Source: Candidatus Aquivivens invisus (GTDB taxonomy: Bacteria; Omnitrophota; Gorgyraeia; Aquiviventales; Aquiviventaceae). From it: 64,000 bases of DNA. The position numbers and the translations under genes are program-made. Every line of letters begins with the position of its first letter. The stretch's first letter is position 1. The notes under the pieces were generated by a model that worked only from the letters and a program-made list of their open reading frames with translations, ran no database searches and was not told where the DNA came from. The stretch is taken from assembly GCA_001804415.1 (NCBI GenBank), contig MHGA01000031.1:10788-74787 (forward strand), read 5' to 3'. Positions 42,133 to 50,055 of the stretch are shown here, piece by piece.

Positions 42133-42875
42133 GAGCGCCCTTGCAGGATGTCTCGCAGCCGTCTCGGTACGTTCGTGACGAGACCATCCGCGCCCATCCG
42201 CAGCACCCGCCTGGCCTCACCGGGCGCATCCACCGTCCAGAGGTGGACTCGCAATCCGTGCCTGTGCGCCTGCTGAATCAGGGCGGGCGTCGTCACGGTA
42301 TGATGGGGGTGGAAGGCCACGCACTCCAGCGCGATCGCGCGACGAAGCGCCTGCCACGGCCGGCGAGCGCACAGCAACGCGCGCGGCACGCGTGGGGCTG
42401 CGGCCTTCAGGCGGGCCAGCAGATCGCCATCGAATGAAGACACCAAGACGCGACGCCGCATCCGAGTCCACCGCAAGCAACGGATCAGGCGCGCGATCAG
42501 GTCGGCTGCATGCGAGGTGGCCTTGAGCTCCAGATTCACCCCACAGGCAGGTGGGCACATCGTCAAGGCCTGTGAGACCAGCAGGGGGCGCTCACCCGCA
42601 AACCGCGACGCAAACCATAATCCCGTATCCAGCCGTCGCAGGTCACGGTAGAGCCAACTGGCGAGCCGACCGCGGCCGGTGCTTGTCCGCTCCAGTCGGT
42701 CATCATGGAAGATCACGAGCCGCTTGTCTCGCGTGAGCTGCACATCAAGCTCAACCAGGTGAGCTCCCTGCCTGAAGGCGAGCCGAATCGCCGCGGCCGT
42801 ATTTTCCGGTGCTTCCGTGGCTGCGCCGCGATGGGCGATGAGCAGCGCTCGATTACCAGCAAAACTCCACGGCAT
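42129..42875 (-). CDS. Glycerophosphodiester phosphodiesterase (GDPD)
   Basis: IAHRGA..APENT, ELDVQLTRD, IFHD, NLELK, SSFD, WTVD. Confidence 0.95.
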   Translation of the reverse strand: MPWSFAGNRALLIAHRGAATEAPENTAAAIRLAFRQGAHLVELDVQLTRDKRLVIFHDDRLERTSTGRGRLASWLYRDLRRLDTGLWFASRFAGERPLLVSQALTMCPPACGVNLELKATSHAADLIARLIRCLRWTRMRRRVLVSSFDGDLLARLKAAAPRVPRALLCARRPWQALRRAIALECVAFHPHHTVTTPALIQQAHRHGLRVHLWTVDAPGEARRVLRMGADGLVTNVPRRLRDILQGRS

Positions 42876-42919
42876 CGCCGCGTCTCATAGGGGTCATCAG
42901 CGGGACGCGTGTGGATGGG

Positions 42920-43279
42920 TTATTCACGGGACGCGGTCAGCTCGAGATGGCGCAGGACGTAGCGGGCCACCGTGGCGCGATCCCCATCCGATAGATCGCT
43001 GAAGAAAATCGCCACATCGTAGGTGGAGATCCGACGACGGAACGCCGGAGGCTTCACCCGCACCACGACCCCCTGACACTCGATGGCGCGGCTGTGACCC
43101 TCAACCTCGAGCTGAAGCCGCACCTGGAGTTTCGTCATCGGAGCCACGAAGTGGGAGAACGCGCAGTACGCCCCGGACGCACTGAGGTTCTTGGTCTGCA
43201 CAATGAATGTTTGGCTCCGTTCCTTCACCGCCAGGGGAATGCGGTGGTCTACTCGAGGAGCCGATCGCCGTTCCTGCAT
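42920..43279 (-). CDS. PilZ domain protein
   Basis: ERRSAPR (RxxxR) and NLSASG (D/NxSxxG). Confidence 0.88.
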   Translation of the reverse strand: MQERRSAPRVDHRIPLAVKERSQTFIVQTKNLSASGAYCAFSHFVAPMTKLQVRLQLEVEGHSRAIECQGVVVRVKPPAFRRRISTYDVAIFFSDLSDGDRATVARYVLRHLELTASRE

Positions 43280-43290
43280 TCGCGTTCCTC

Positions 43291-43641
43291 TCATCCGGGC
43301 GGCCACCTCATCAGTCGCCCACCGAGTAGGTGGAGATGGATATGAAAGACGCTCTGCCCCGCGCCTGCGCCGCAATTGATCACCACTCGGTACCCTGACT
43401 CGGCAATCCCGGCCTGCTTGGCCAACCGGTCCGCCAAGAGCATGCCCTTGGCCATCAGAGGAGCTGATTCGGCCGTTAACTCCGAGACAGTCGCGAGGTG
43501 GCGCTTAGGAATAATAAGCAGGTGGGTGGGTGCCTGCGGGTTGATGTCCTTGAACGCCAGGAGCTCGTCATCTTCGGTGACGATCTGCGCGGGCAGCGTA
43601 CGCTGGACGATGCGGCAGAACAGACACGAGAGGTCAGGCAT
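43291..43641 (-). CDS. hinT: Histidine triad nucleotide-binding protein
   Basis: CLFCRI, AFKDINPQAPTH, AGQSVFHIHLH, WPPG end. Confidence 0.95.
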   Translation of the reverse strand: MPDLSCLFCRIVQRTLPAQIVTEDDELLAFKDINPQAPTHLLIIPKRHLATVSELTAESAPLMAKGMLLADRLAKQAGIAESGYRVVINCGAGAGQSVFHIHLHLLGGRLMRWPPG

Positions 43642-43828
43642 TCGGGGTCGACGGCGACGGCTCGGCTTGGGGCTTGTCAGCTGGGGGCTTGCTCTGCTCT
43701 TCCTTGGCTTTTTCTGCCGCGGTCTTCCAGCAGGCTTTCTTGCAGAAGTATTGGCCGTTGCGGTAGTACCAATGTTGCTTGCCAAGACGCTTCCCACAGG
43801 ACGTACAGCTACCACTCGGTCGACTCAT
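43634..43828 (-). CDS. Small Cys-rich (zinc-finger/TRASH-like) protein
   Basis: CTSC...YFCKKAC; SD GAGG; abuts or overlaps both neighbours. Confidence 0.7.
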   Translation of the reverse strand: MSRPSGSCTSCGKRLGKQHWYYRNGQYFCKKACWKTAAEKAKEEQSKPPADKPQAEPSPSTPNA

Positions 43829-44515
43829 TCACGCATGCACCTCGATGTGATGGGGGAATTTCCCCAGGGGACAGGACGCGCAGTCGGGATCCGTACGATG
43901 GCAATACCGCTTGCCCACGGCCACCAACAACGCGTGGAATTCGTTATAGAGTTGAACCCTGCGTGGCAACCGATCCAGACAAAACCGTTGGGTCTCATCG
44001 TACGGTTCCCGGCCCGAGATCAGATGATGGCGCTGAAAGATCCGCCTCGTATAGGCGTCGATCACAAAGGTTGGCCGGCGGCCGGCGTACAAGAGGATCG
44101 AGTCGGCCGTCTCCGGCCCGATGCCCTTCAGCCCAAGCAATTCTTGCCGCAAACGCCTCGCGGGCGTACGAAACATGGCGCGGGTTGAGCCCTGATACCG
44201 CTTGAGATGCCACCGGCTGAATCCTTGCAGCACCGCGGCTTTCTGCCGAAAGTAGCCACTCGGACGGATGAGGCGCTGAATCGCCGTCGAAGGCCGCCTG
44301 GCCAGCGTCCGGGCGGACAGCGCGTGCGCGGCTTCGAGTTGCGCAATGGCCCGCTCGACATTGACCCAGGCGGTGTTTTGCGTGAGGATCGCCCCGACCA
44401 TCACCTCGAACGGACTCTTCGCCGGCCACCAGTGTTGGGGGCCAAGGGCCCGCACGAGATGATGATACAGGGAACGAAGCGAAGGACGCTGCCGCCGGCC
44501 TCGCCAAGCACGCAT
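43829..44515 (-). CDS. Endonuclease III-related HhH-GPD glycosylase
   Basis: WWPA, GAILTQNT.W.NV, LKGIGPETADSILLYA, C..C..C cluster. Confidence 0.9.
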   Translation of the reverse strand: MRAWRGRRQRPSLRSLYHHLVRALGPQHWWPAKSPFEVMVGAILTQNTAWVNVERAIAQLEAAHALSARTLARRPSTAIQRLIRPSGYFRQKAAVLQGFSRWHLKRYQGSTRAMFRTPARRLRQELLGLKGIGPETADSILLYAGRRPTFVIDAYTRRIFQRHHLISGREPYDETQRFCLDRLPRRVQLYNEFHALLVAVGKRYCHRTDPDCASCPLGKFPHHIEVHA

Positions 44516-44530
44516 CGAGCGGGGACGTGG

Positions 44531-44638
44531 TCAACGAATCGCCCACGCAAGCCAGTGGTACGTCAGCGCCAGACTCAAGCCGATCACCAACCCCAACAGC
44601 AGGTCAGGGAGACGCGGATTGAAGGTGGGCATATACAT
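44531..44638 (-). CDS. 35-aa single-TM micro-protein (not in ORF track)
   Basis: MYMPTFNPRLPDLLLGLVIGLSLALTYHWLAWAIR; ATG 6 nt after a TTGACG-N17-TACAAT promoter. Confidence 0.55.
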   Translation of the reverse strand: MYMPTFNPRLPDLLLGLVIGLSLALTYHWLAWAIR

Positions 44639-44644
44639 GATGCT

Positions 44645-44673
44645 ATTGTAGCGGGACAGAGACTCATCGTCAA
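44645..44673 (-). promoter_or_regulatory. sigma70 promoter, leaderless
   Basis: TTGACG-N17-TACAAT. Confidence 0.75.
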
Positions 44674-44692
44674 TCGTGAACCCCGCGGGATC

Positions 44693-44727
44693 AAAAAAAC
44701 TGGGGCTGCCCGGAAGGGCAGCCCCAG
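44693..44727 (-). terminator. Rho-independent terminator
   Basis: CTGGGGCTGCCC-TTCC-GGGCAGCCCCAG followed by a T7 tract. Confidence 0.9.
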
Positions 44728-44752
44728 GCCGTTCGGGTTCCTGTGGTGAGCG

Positions 44753-44896
44753 CTACTTGACTGCGAGCTTGAGCACCCCAATGACACTGAGGATCACGAA
44801 CAACAGCTTAAACGTGTCAAGGGGGTAGTGCAGCCCGAGCGTCACACCGAGGATGACCCCGATAATCACATCCACGTGGCGATCAGACAGCTTCAT
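44753..44896 (-). CDS. 47-aa two-TM micro-protein (not in ORF track)
   Basis: MKLSDRHVDVIIGVILGVTLGLHYPLDTFKLLFVILSVIGVLKLAVK; SD AAGGAGGTGA; own promoter and terminator. Confidence 0.8.
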   Translation of the reverse strand: MKLSDRHVDVIIGVILGVTLGLHYPLDTFKLLFVILSVIGVLKLAVK

Positions 44897-45000
44897 CACC
44901 TGGACTCACCTCCTTAAGTAGACGGTTGTCTGTACATCGAGACCGCTGTCTACCTGAACCCGCCATCCTGGACCTTCTGGCTGCCGGTTCTCTACTCACA

Positions 45001-45029
45001 ACTATACCATATTTCTTAAATTTTGGCAA
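45001..45029 (-). promoter_or_regulatory. sigma70 promoter with extended -10
   Basis: TTGCCA-N17-(TGG)TATAGT with AT-rich spacer. Confidence 0.75.
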
Positions 45030-45090
45030 CATTAGACTACGTAACTCATTATTTCAGAATAGGTTAGACGTAATATCAGACAGGAAAAAA

Positions 45091-45438
45091 CTAGCGGCTA
45101 CTTGGGGGTCTGGGAGAGTCTAAATATCTAGACAAAAGTTGCCTATTTCGGTCAGAAAGCTCGTCGAACATGATGCCAAGATAGAACTGCTCGCCGTTTG
45201 GCACCTGCTGAAACCACACGGTGCGCGCTCTGACCTGCATCACGGTCTTGTCGCGACCCAGATCAAGCTCCACCGAAAGAGGCGTTGAGACAGGTTTGGA
45301 GAGGGGGCTCAGGCACTTCAATCCCCCAATTGACACGTCTTTGGTCAGCGTTTGAATGACCTTCGTTTCGCCTTGTGGATAGAGCCGAACCGGCAGGACG
45401 CAGCGTATTCTCGGAGACCGACGACGTTCCTCGGACAT
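45091..45438 (-). CDS. PilZ domain protein
   Basis: ERRRSPR and DVSIGG motifs, VW...G..F. Confidence 0.9.
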   Translation of the reverse strand: MSEERRRSPRIRCVLPVRLYPQGETKVIQTLTKDVSIGGLKCLSPLSKPVSTPLSVELDLGRDKTVMQVRARTVWFQQVPNGEQFYLGIMFDELSDRNRQLLSRYLDSPRPPSSR

Positions 45439-45445
45439 CCCCTGC

Positions 45446-45513
45446 AGCATACCACCAGCCCTTCTGAGTGTCAAACATTTCCCTCTTGATTTCCCCTCCC
45501 TGCGCGCTACAAT
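45446..45513. promoter_or_regulatory. Back-to-back divergent sigma70 promoters (PilZ gene / exeA)
   Basis: Minus strand TTGACA-N17-(TGG)TATGCT with ATG 7 nt later; plus strand TTGATT-N16-TACAAT. Confidence 0.7.
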
Positions 45514-45549
45514 GAAACTGGGTATCTTTTTGCTTGGAGTTGTTAACGT

Positions 45550-45578
45550 GGTTCTGTCTTGTCCTTGAACCTGTTCAC
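45550..45578 (+). promoter_or_regulatory. Conserved 29-nt 5'-UTR element, copy 1
   Basis: GGTTCTGTCTTGTCCTTGAACCTGTTCAC; 25/29 identical to the copy upstream of pgsA. Confidence 0.6.
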
Positions 45579-45580
45579 GT

Positions 45581-46420
45581 ATGTATCTTGACTATCTCGG
45601 GCTGCGCGAACACCCCTTCTCAGTCACCACGGATCCCGCCTTCCTGTACCTGTCCCGACGGCATCGCGAGGCGCTCTCCCACATGATGTACGGCATCCGG
45701 GAGCGCAAAGGGTTCATCGAAATTACCGGCGAGATCGGCACGGGGAAAACCACCTTATGCAAAGCCTTGCTGCGCCAGTTGGAAGACACGACGCGAACCG
45801 CATTGATCCTCCATTCAGGGCTGTCGGAACTACAACTGTTGCAGGCGGTCATCCAAGATTTCGGCCTGGACCCCATGCGTGGCAACCGCTTCGGGTTGTT
45901 CAACGAGCTGAACCGCTTCCTTATTGAGCAGGCCACCCTCGGCAATAACATCGTCCTGATCATCGATGAGGCACAGAACCTCAGCCTGCGGGTCCTGGAA
46001 CAAATTCGGATGCTCTCCAATCTCGAGACGGACAAGCAGAAGCTGGTCCAGATCGTCCTCGTCGGGCAGCCCCAATTACGGGATAAGCTGGACCGGCCTT
46101 CCTTGCGGCAGTTGCAGCAGCGCATCGGGGTGCGCTATCACATCTTGCCGCTCGATGGGGAGGAGGTGCGCACCTATATCGAGCACCGCTTGGAGATCGC
46201 AGGTTCCGATGGCAGTCTCGCGTTCACCGGGGAAGCCTTTGAGGAGATCTACCGGTGTTCGAACGGCATCCCGAGGCTCATGAACCTGGTGTGCGATCGA
46301 GCGTTGCTGGCGTGTTACGTGCTGCGGACGAAGCTGGTGGATCGGGCGCTCATCCAGCGCAGCTACCAGGAACTGATGGGGCAAGTCCCGCTGTCAACGA
46401 GCGAACCCGTAAAGGTGTAG
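45581..46420 (+). CDS. ExeA/GspA family AAA ATPase
   Basis: MYLDYLGLREHPF, GEIGTGKT, IIDEAQNL, LVGQPQL, GIPRLMN. Confidence 0.93.
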   Translation: MYLDYLGLREHPFSVTTDPAFLYLSRRHREALSHMMYGIRERKGFIEITGEIGTGKTTLCKALLRQLEDTTRTALILHSGLSELQLLQAVIQDFGLDPMRGNRFGLFNELNRFLIEQATLGNNIVLIIDEAQNLSLRVLEQIRMLSNLETDKQKLVQIVLVGQPQLRDKLDRPSLRQLQQRIGVRYHILPLDGEEVRTYIEHRLEIAGSDGSLAFTGEAFEEIYRCSNGIPRLMNLVCDRALLACYVLRTKLVDRALIQRSYQELMGQVPLSTSEPVKV

Positions 46421-46428
46421 GTGCCATC

Positions 46429-47019
46429 ATGAGCTTGATTGAAGAAGCGTTGCGCCGAGCGCAACAAGCGCCCTCGAAAGCCGAGCCGGTTGTCACGACT
46501 CCAGAATCCATTTCCGAGCCGACGTCGCTGACGCGCTCATCGGATCCGCTCCAGCAGTCGTGGTCCCGTGCTCCGCAGCCTCGGCTGGTCAATGCGACGT
46601 GGTGGATAGGCCTCGCCGTCGGAGGGGCGGCCCTCATCATGCTGATGCTGTGGGGCTATTCCCTGCTCCTGCGATGGCAGCTCGCGAAGAATTCAGTTCC
46701 CGATGCGACGCCTTCACGCGTCGTGCATGTCACGAGCCGACCTGAACCCCTTCAACCAACGGCGAGCCGGCCTCCCAGTGGCGCCAAGCCTGCCCTCAGC
46801 CCATCCGCAGGGGCGACCGCGACCGTGGCCAAACGCAAGCGGCCGGACCTCACGCTCAACGGGATCGTGGAAGGCCGAGGAGAGCCGGTGGCGATCATCA
46901 ACGGGCTGATCTTGCGGATCGGAGACAGCATCGCCGGCGCGACACTCCTCGAGATTTGGGGAGAAGAAGCCAGGCTGCGCTGGCGGGATGAAGATCTGAT
47001 CCTCAGCACGACCCGCTAA
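46429..47019 (+). CDS. ExeB/GspB-like bitopic membrane protein
   Basis: MSLIEEALRRAQ N-terminus, one TM, Pro-rich linker, L.GI...AIING..G..I.G domain. Confidence 0.8.
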   Translation: MSLIEEALRRAQQAPSKAEPVVTTPESISEPTSLTRSSDPLQQSWSRAPQPRLVNATWWIGLAVGGAALIMLMLWGYSLLLRWQLAKNSVPDATPSRVVHVTSRPEPLQPTASRPPSGAKPALSPSAGATATVAKRKRPDLTLNGIVEGRGEPVAIINGLILRIGDSIAGATLLEIWGEEARLRWRDEDLILSTTR

Positions 47020-47020
47020 G

Positions 47021-47284
47021 TCAGGCGACTAATTTATACAGCACGTCGTGCTGTCGGCACCGCTGGTCGACCTTCAGCCCGACGGACTGTCCCGCAACAG
47101 CCTCCTGCACATCCTGGCGGTCAACCTGCATGGAGGCGACCGTTTGCTGGAAGTCGGTGGTGTGGCCTTTGATGTAGATGCGATCGCCGACCCGAAGCGA
47201 TCCCGTAAGCTCCACGACCGCCGCACCCACGTGCGCAAAGAATCCGGCGACTTTCCCGATCTGCTCCATCCGCGCCTCAGCCAT
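47021..47284 (-). CDS. Small translation-factor-like beta-barrel protein (EF-Tu domain II-like)
   Basis: IGKV..FF, L.VGD.I.IKGHTTDF.Q.V.SMQ; SD GGAGGTGA. Confidence 0.8.
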   Translation of the reverse strand: MAEARMEQIGKVAGFFAHVGAAVVELTGSLRVGDRIYIKGHTTDFQQTVASMQVDRQDVQEAVAGQSVGLKVDQRCRQHDVLYKLVA

Positions 47285-47319
47285 CCCTCACCTCCCCGGT
47301 TCTGGTGAACGATTCCGTG

Positions 47320-48408
47320 CTACGGTTTGACGTACTCCCGCATGAGCCTCATCGCTTCGGACATGGGAACGCCTTCCGTCACGATCGCACGACCGATCTG
47401 GGTGGGCAGCACCCACCGGGATTTGCCCCGGATGAACTTCTTGTCGTAGCGCAGGGCCCGCTTGACCGCCCCCAGTGACACGCCGGTCACCGCGGTGGGG
47501 AGGCCCAGGGCTCGCAGCAACCGGATGATTCGCTGGCGCGCCGCAGTAGCCATCAGTCCCTGCGTCACGCTCAGGTGCGAGGCATACGCTAAGCCGACCG
47601 CAATGGCTTCGCCATGGGTGAATCGTCGATAGCCGGTCGCGGCTTCCAGGGCATGCCCGAGCGTATGACCCAGGTTCAGGCGGGTGCGCACTCCTCTGGT
47701 TTCCCGTTCATCGCGCGAGACGACGCGGGCCTTGATCCGGGCGCACCGTTCCACCATGACACGATCCACCTGTGGGTTGCCGTGCAGACAGGCCGTGACG
47801 TGCCGCTCCAGAAACCGGAATAACCAGGCGTCTGCCATCACGGCGTATTTGAGAATCTCCGCCAATCCTGATCGACGCTGCCGCAACGGCAGACTTCGCA
47901 GCACCCCCACGTGGTCAAACACCACTCGTGGCTGGTAGAACGCGCCGACCGCATTTTTGGCCTCAGGCAGATCAATCCCGACCTTCCCTCCAATCGAGGA
48001 GTCCACTTGCGCCAGCAGCGTCGTCGGCAGCTGCACATACGGCACGCCCCGGCGGAACACGGCGGCGACGAATCCTGTGAGGTCGCCCACGACGCCGCCT
48101 CCGAAGGCGACCAGCACGGGAAGGCGCATCGTGGCGCGTCGAGCCAACTGTGTGAGCAAGCGCTGCGCCACGCGAGAAGACTTGGAGAGCTCGGACTCGG
48201 GCACCGTCATCGTGATCACGGTCAAGCCGCCCCGCCGTAAGGTCTTGAGCAGTTCCCCACCGAACCGGTCGAGCAGACGGCGGTGAGAGACGACCGCCAG
48301 TAAGGGGCCGAGCCGCTGGCGAGCCAGGATCTGCGGAAGGTGACGGTACGAATCCGCCACGTAGATTGGATAGGACCGCTCGCGTAACCCTACTCGAATC
48401 ACCGTCAT
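47320..48408 (-). CDS. aroB: 3-dehydroquinate synthase
   Basis: GGGVVGDLTGF, PTTLLAQVDSSIGGK, LNLGHTLGHALE, HGEA. Confidence 0.96.
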   Translation of the reverse strand: MTVIRVGLRERSYPIYVADSYRHLPQILARQRLGPLLAVVSHRRLLDRFGGELLKTLRRGGLTVITMTVPESELSKSSRVAQRLLTQLARRATMRLPVLVAFGGGVVGDLTGFVAAVFRRGVPYVQLPTTLLAQVDSSIGGKVGIDLPEAKNAVGAFYQPRVVFDHVGVLRSLPLRQRRSGLAEILKYAVMADAWLFRFLERHVTACLHGNPQVDRVMVERCARIKARVVSRDERETRGVRTRLNLGHTLGHALEAATGYRRFTHGEAIAVGLAYASHLSVTQGLMATAARQRIIRLLRALGLPTAVTGVSLGAVKRALRYDKKFIRGKSRWVLPTQIGRAIVTEGVPMSEAMRLMREYVKP

Positions 48409-49097
48409 GGCATGTATCGACGGATCAACCAGTCCGGCATCCCCAACGCATCGACGACCAGCCGGCCTGCACATGACGAGCCTTGAGCCGTCAGCAATCC
48501 GCGTTTGGGAGCGCCGAAGGTGACCGTCACCGCGGCCCGTACGGCAACGTCCAGCGGGACTCCGGTATCCCCGTCCAAGCCCGAGGGCACGTCGACGGCC
48601 ACCACCGGACGCCCCGCCTCATTGATCATCGCGATGAGACGAGCCGGCAACGGCCGCACCGAACCGTTGAGACCGATGCCGAACAACGCATCAAGGATCA
48701 CCCCGCACGAGCGCAACCAACCCTGGACTTCGGCGAGGTCGTCGCCTGAGACCACCTCCCGCCATGGGATCTGGAAGGCCTCAACGACGCGGGCAAAGAC
48801 GGCCGGCTCCTCTTTTAAGTCTCGACGCAACCCAGCCAAGACAATCCGCGGGCGATACCCTCGACGGATCAGATGCCACGCGGCGCACAACCCGTCTCCC
48901 CCGTTATACCCCATGCCACAACATACCACACACTCGCAAGGCTCGGGATGGAGCTGGGTGAGGGCATCAGCCACGGCACAACCGGCCTGGGCCATGAGGA
49001 GGAGGCGGGGGAACCCCAGGGTGTGGATGGCCTCGTCATCGAGACGATGCATGACCTCGACGGAGAGCGCGAACGATGGGGCGGACGGCGCCGCCAT
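48405..49097 (-). CDS. nnrE: NAD(P)H-hydrate epimerase (stand-alone YjeF N-terminal domain)
   Basis: CGMGYNGGDG, DALFGIGL, VDVPSG, TVTF..PK. Confidence 0.92.
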   Translation of the reverse strand: MAAPSAPSFALSVEVMHRLDDEAIHTLGFPRLLLMAQAGCAVADALTQLHPEPCECVVCCGMGYNGGDGLCAAWHLIRRGYRPRIVLAGLRRDLKEEPAVFARVVEAFQIPWREVVSGDDLAEVQGWLRSCGVILDALFGIGLNGSVRPLPARLIAMINEAGRPVVAVDVPSGLDGDTGVPLDVAVRAAVTVTFGAPKRGLLTAQGSSCAGRLVVDALGMPDWLIRRYMP

Positions 49098-49396
49098 TAC
49101 GACGCCTGTGGGGACTTCCCTGCTGGTGAGGCTTTTGCTGGCGAGGACTTGCCCGCTGCCGGGGTTGCCTGGGTGGCTTGAGCGGCGGCTGCGGCTTCCT
49201 CGGGTTTTGCGGCTTCCGCCGCAGCCTTTCGAACCTTGATGCGCGCCTGCTTGGTCTTGGGCAGCCCGAAAATCGACCGTGCGTCGTTCCACTGTCCTTG
49301 CGTCAGAAGCTGCTGGATTCGCTCGAACCGTTTCAACACGCTGCGATGCGTCCCGCCTTTCCCACTGGTTTGTCGCAAAGAAGGGTGAATGGACAT
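49097..49396 (-). CDS. PVC-superphylum small basic protein (TIGR04137-like)
   Basis: MSIHPSL...HRSVLKRFERI..L...W...SIFGLPK with Ala/Lys tail. Confidence 0.85.
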   Translation of the reverse strand: MSIHPSLRQTSGKGGTHRSVLKRFERIQQLLTQGQWNDARSIFGLPKTKQARIKVRKAAAEAAKPEEAAAAAQATQATPAAGKSSPAKASPAGKSPQAS

Positions 49397-49404
49397 GCGC
49401 GTGG

Positions 49405-50019
49405 CTACAGGCTGCGGACAAAACAATCGCGATACCGTGGTTTCAAGCCGGCCAGCTTGTCTTTTGCGAGCTTTCGCGACGTAAACGGCCCCACAAACAG
49501 CACGGCCTTATCGGCGCGCTTGATGAGAAACGCGGACTCCCCGCGAGCTTGCAAGCGGCTGAGCTCGCGAGCGGCGAGCGCCGGTTTGGTGTAGCTGACC
49601 ACCTGGACAGCAAACCGGGCGGAGGATTCGGCCAGCCGTTTGGGTACGCGAGGCGCGGTCGCAGGTTTTGGCGACGGCGTGCTCTGGCGTGGCGTGATCG
49701 GCGAAGAGGACGCGCCCGCACGTGCTGGTTCTGGACTGTTGAGCGAGGTGGCTGGCGAGGCCGATGACGAGGACGCGGATGAGGACGATGAGGAGCGCGA
49801 ACTCGGCGGCGCCATGAGCACCCGCTCGGTGCGAGCGAGTTGCTTGCCGCGCTCAACCCCGCCGGCAAAGATGACCGCCACACCGATGAGGCCTGCCATC
49901 CCCAGCAGGATCGCATGATCGTGACGCACCTCAAGACGTCCCACCGGCGTGATGAGCGGCCGGATCACACCGGGGTTCGGCGCCTCAAAGAATTCCAATT
50001 GGGATGTCGTCTCGTCCAT
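49405..50019 (-). CDS. SPOR domain membrane protein
   Basis: TM ending GVERGK, Ser/Pro linker, AVQVVSY..VGPF..Y.DCFVR. Confidence 0.85.
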   Translation of the reverse strand: MDETTSQLEFFEAPNPGVIRPLITPVGRLEVRHDHAILLGMAGLIGVAVIFAGGVERGKQLARTERVLMAPPSSRSSSSSSASSSSASPATSLNSPEPARAGASSSPITPRQSTPSPKPATAPRVPKRLAESSARFAVQVVSYTKPALAARELSRLQARGESAFLIKRADKAVLFVGPFTSRKLAKDKLAGLKPRYRDCFVRSL

Positions 50020-50026
50020 CTGGCAT

Positions 50027-50055
50027 AGTCTACACAAAGGCGGCCCCACCGTCAA
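50027..50055 (-). promoter_or_regulatory. sigma70 promoter, leaderless (SPOR gene)
   Basis: TTGACG-N17-TAGACT; -35 box contains the plsY stop; ATG 7 nt downstream. Confidence 0.7.

Noticed and set aside
43546-43556. GTCCTTGAAC match to the exeA/pgsA element
   Set aside because: It lies inside hinT, antisense, and is explained by the conserved AFKD codons; the rest of the motif is missing.
44900-44995. Known c-di-GMP riboswitch in the micro-protein leader
   Set aside because: I could not find the GEMM-I or class II consensus features by eye, so it is kept only as an unknown structured leader.
45041-45067. Imperfect palindrome GTAACTCATT-N7-AATAGGTTAG upstream of the micro-protein promoter
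   Set aside because: It could be an operator, but it has several mismatches in AT-rich DNA and no second copy in the window.
49730-49810. Ser-rich low-complexity stretch as a repeat element
   Set aside because: It is an ordinary disordered linker of a SPOR protein.
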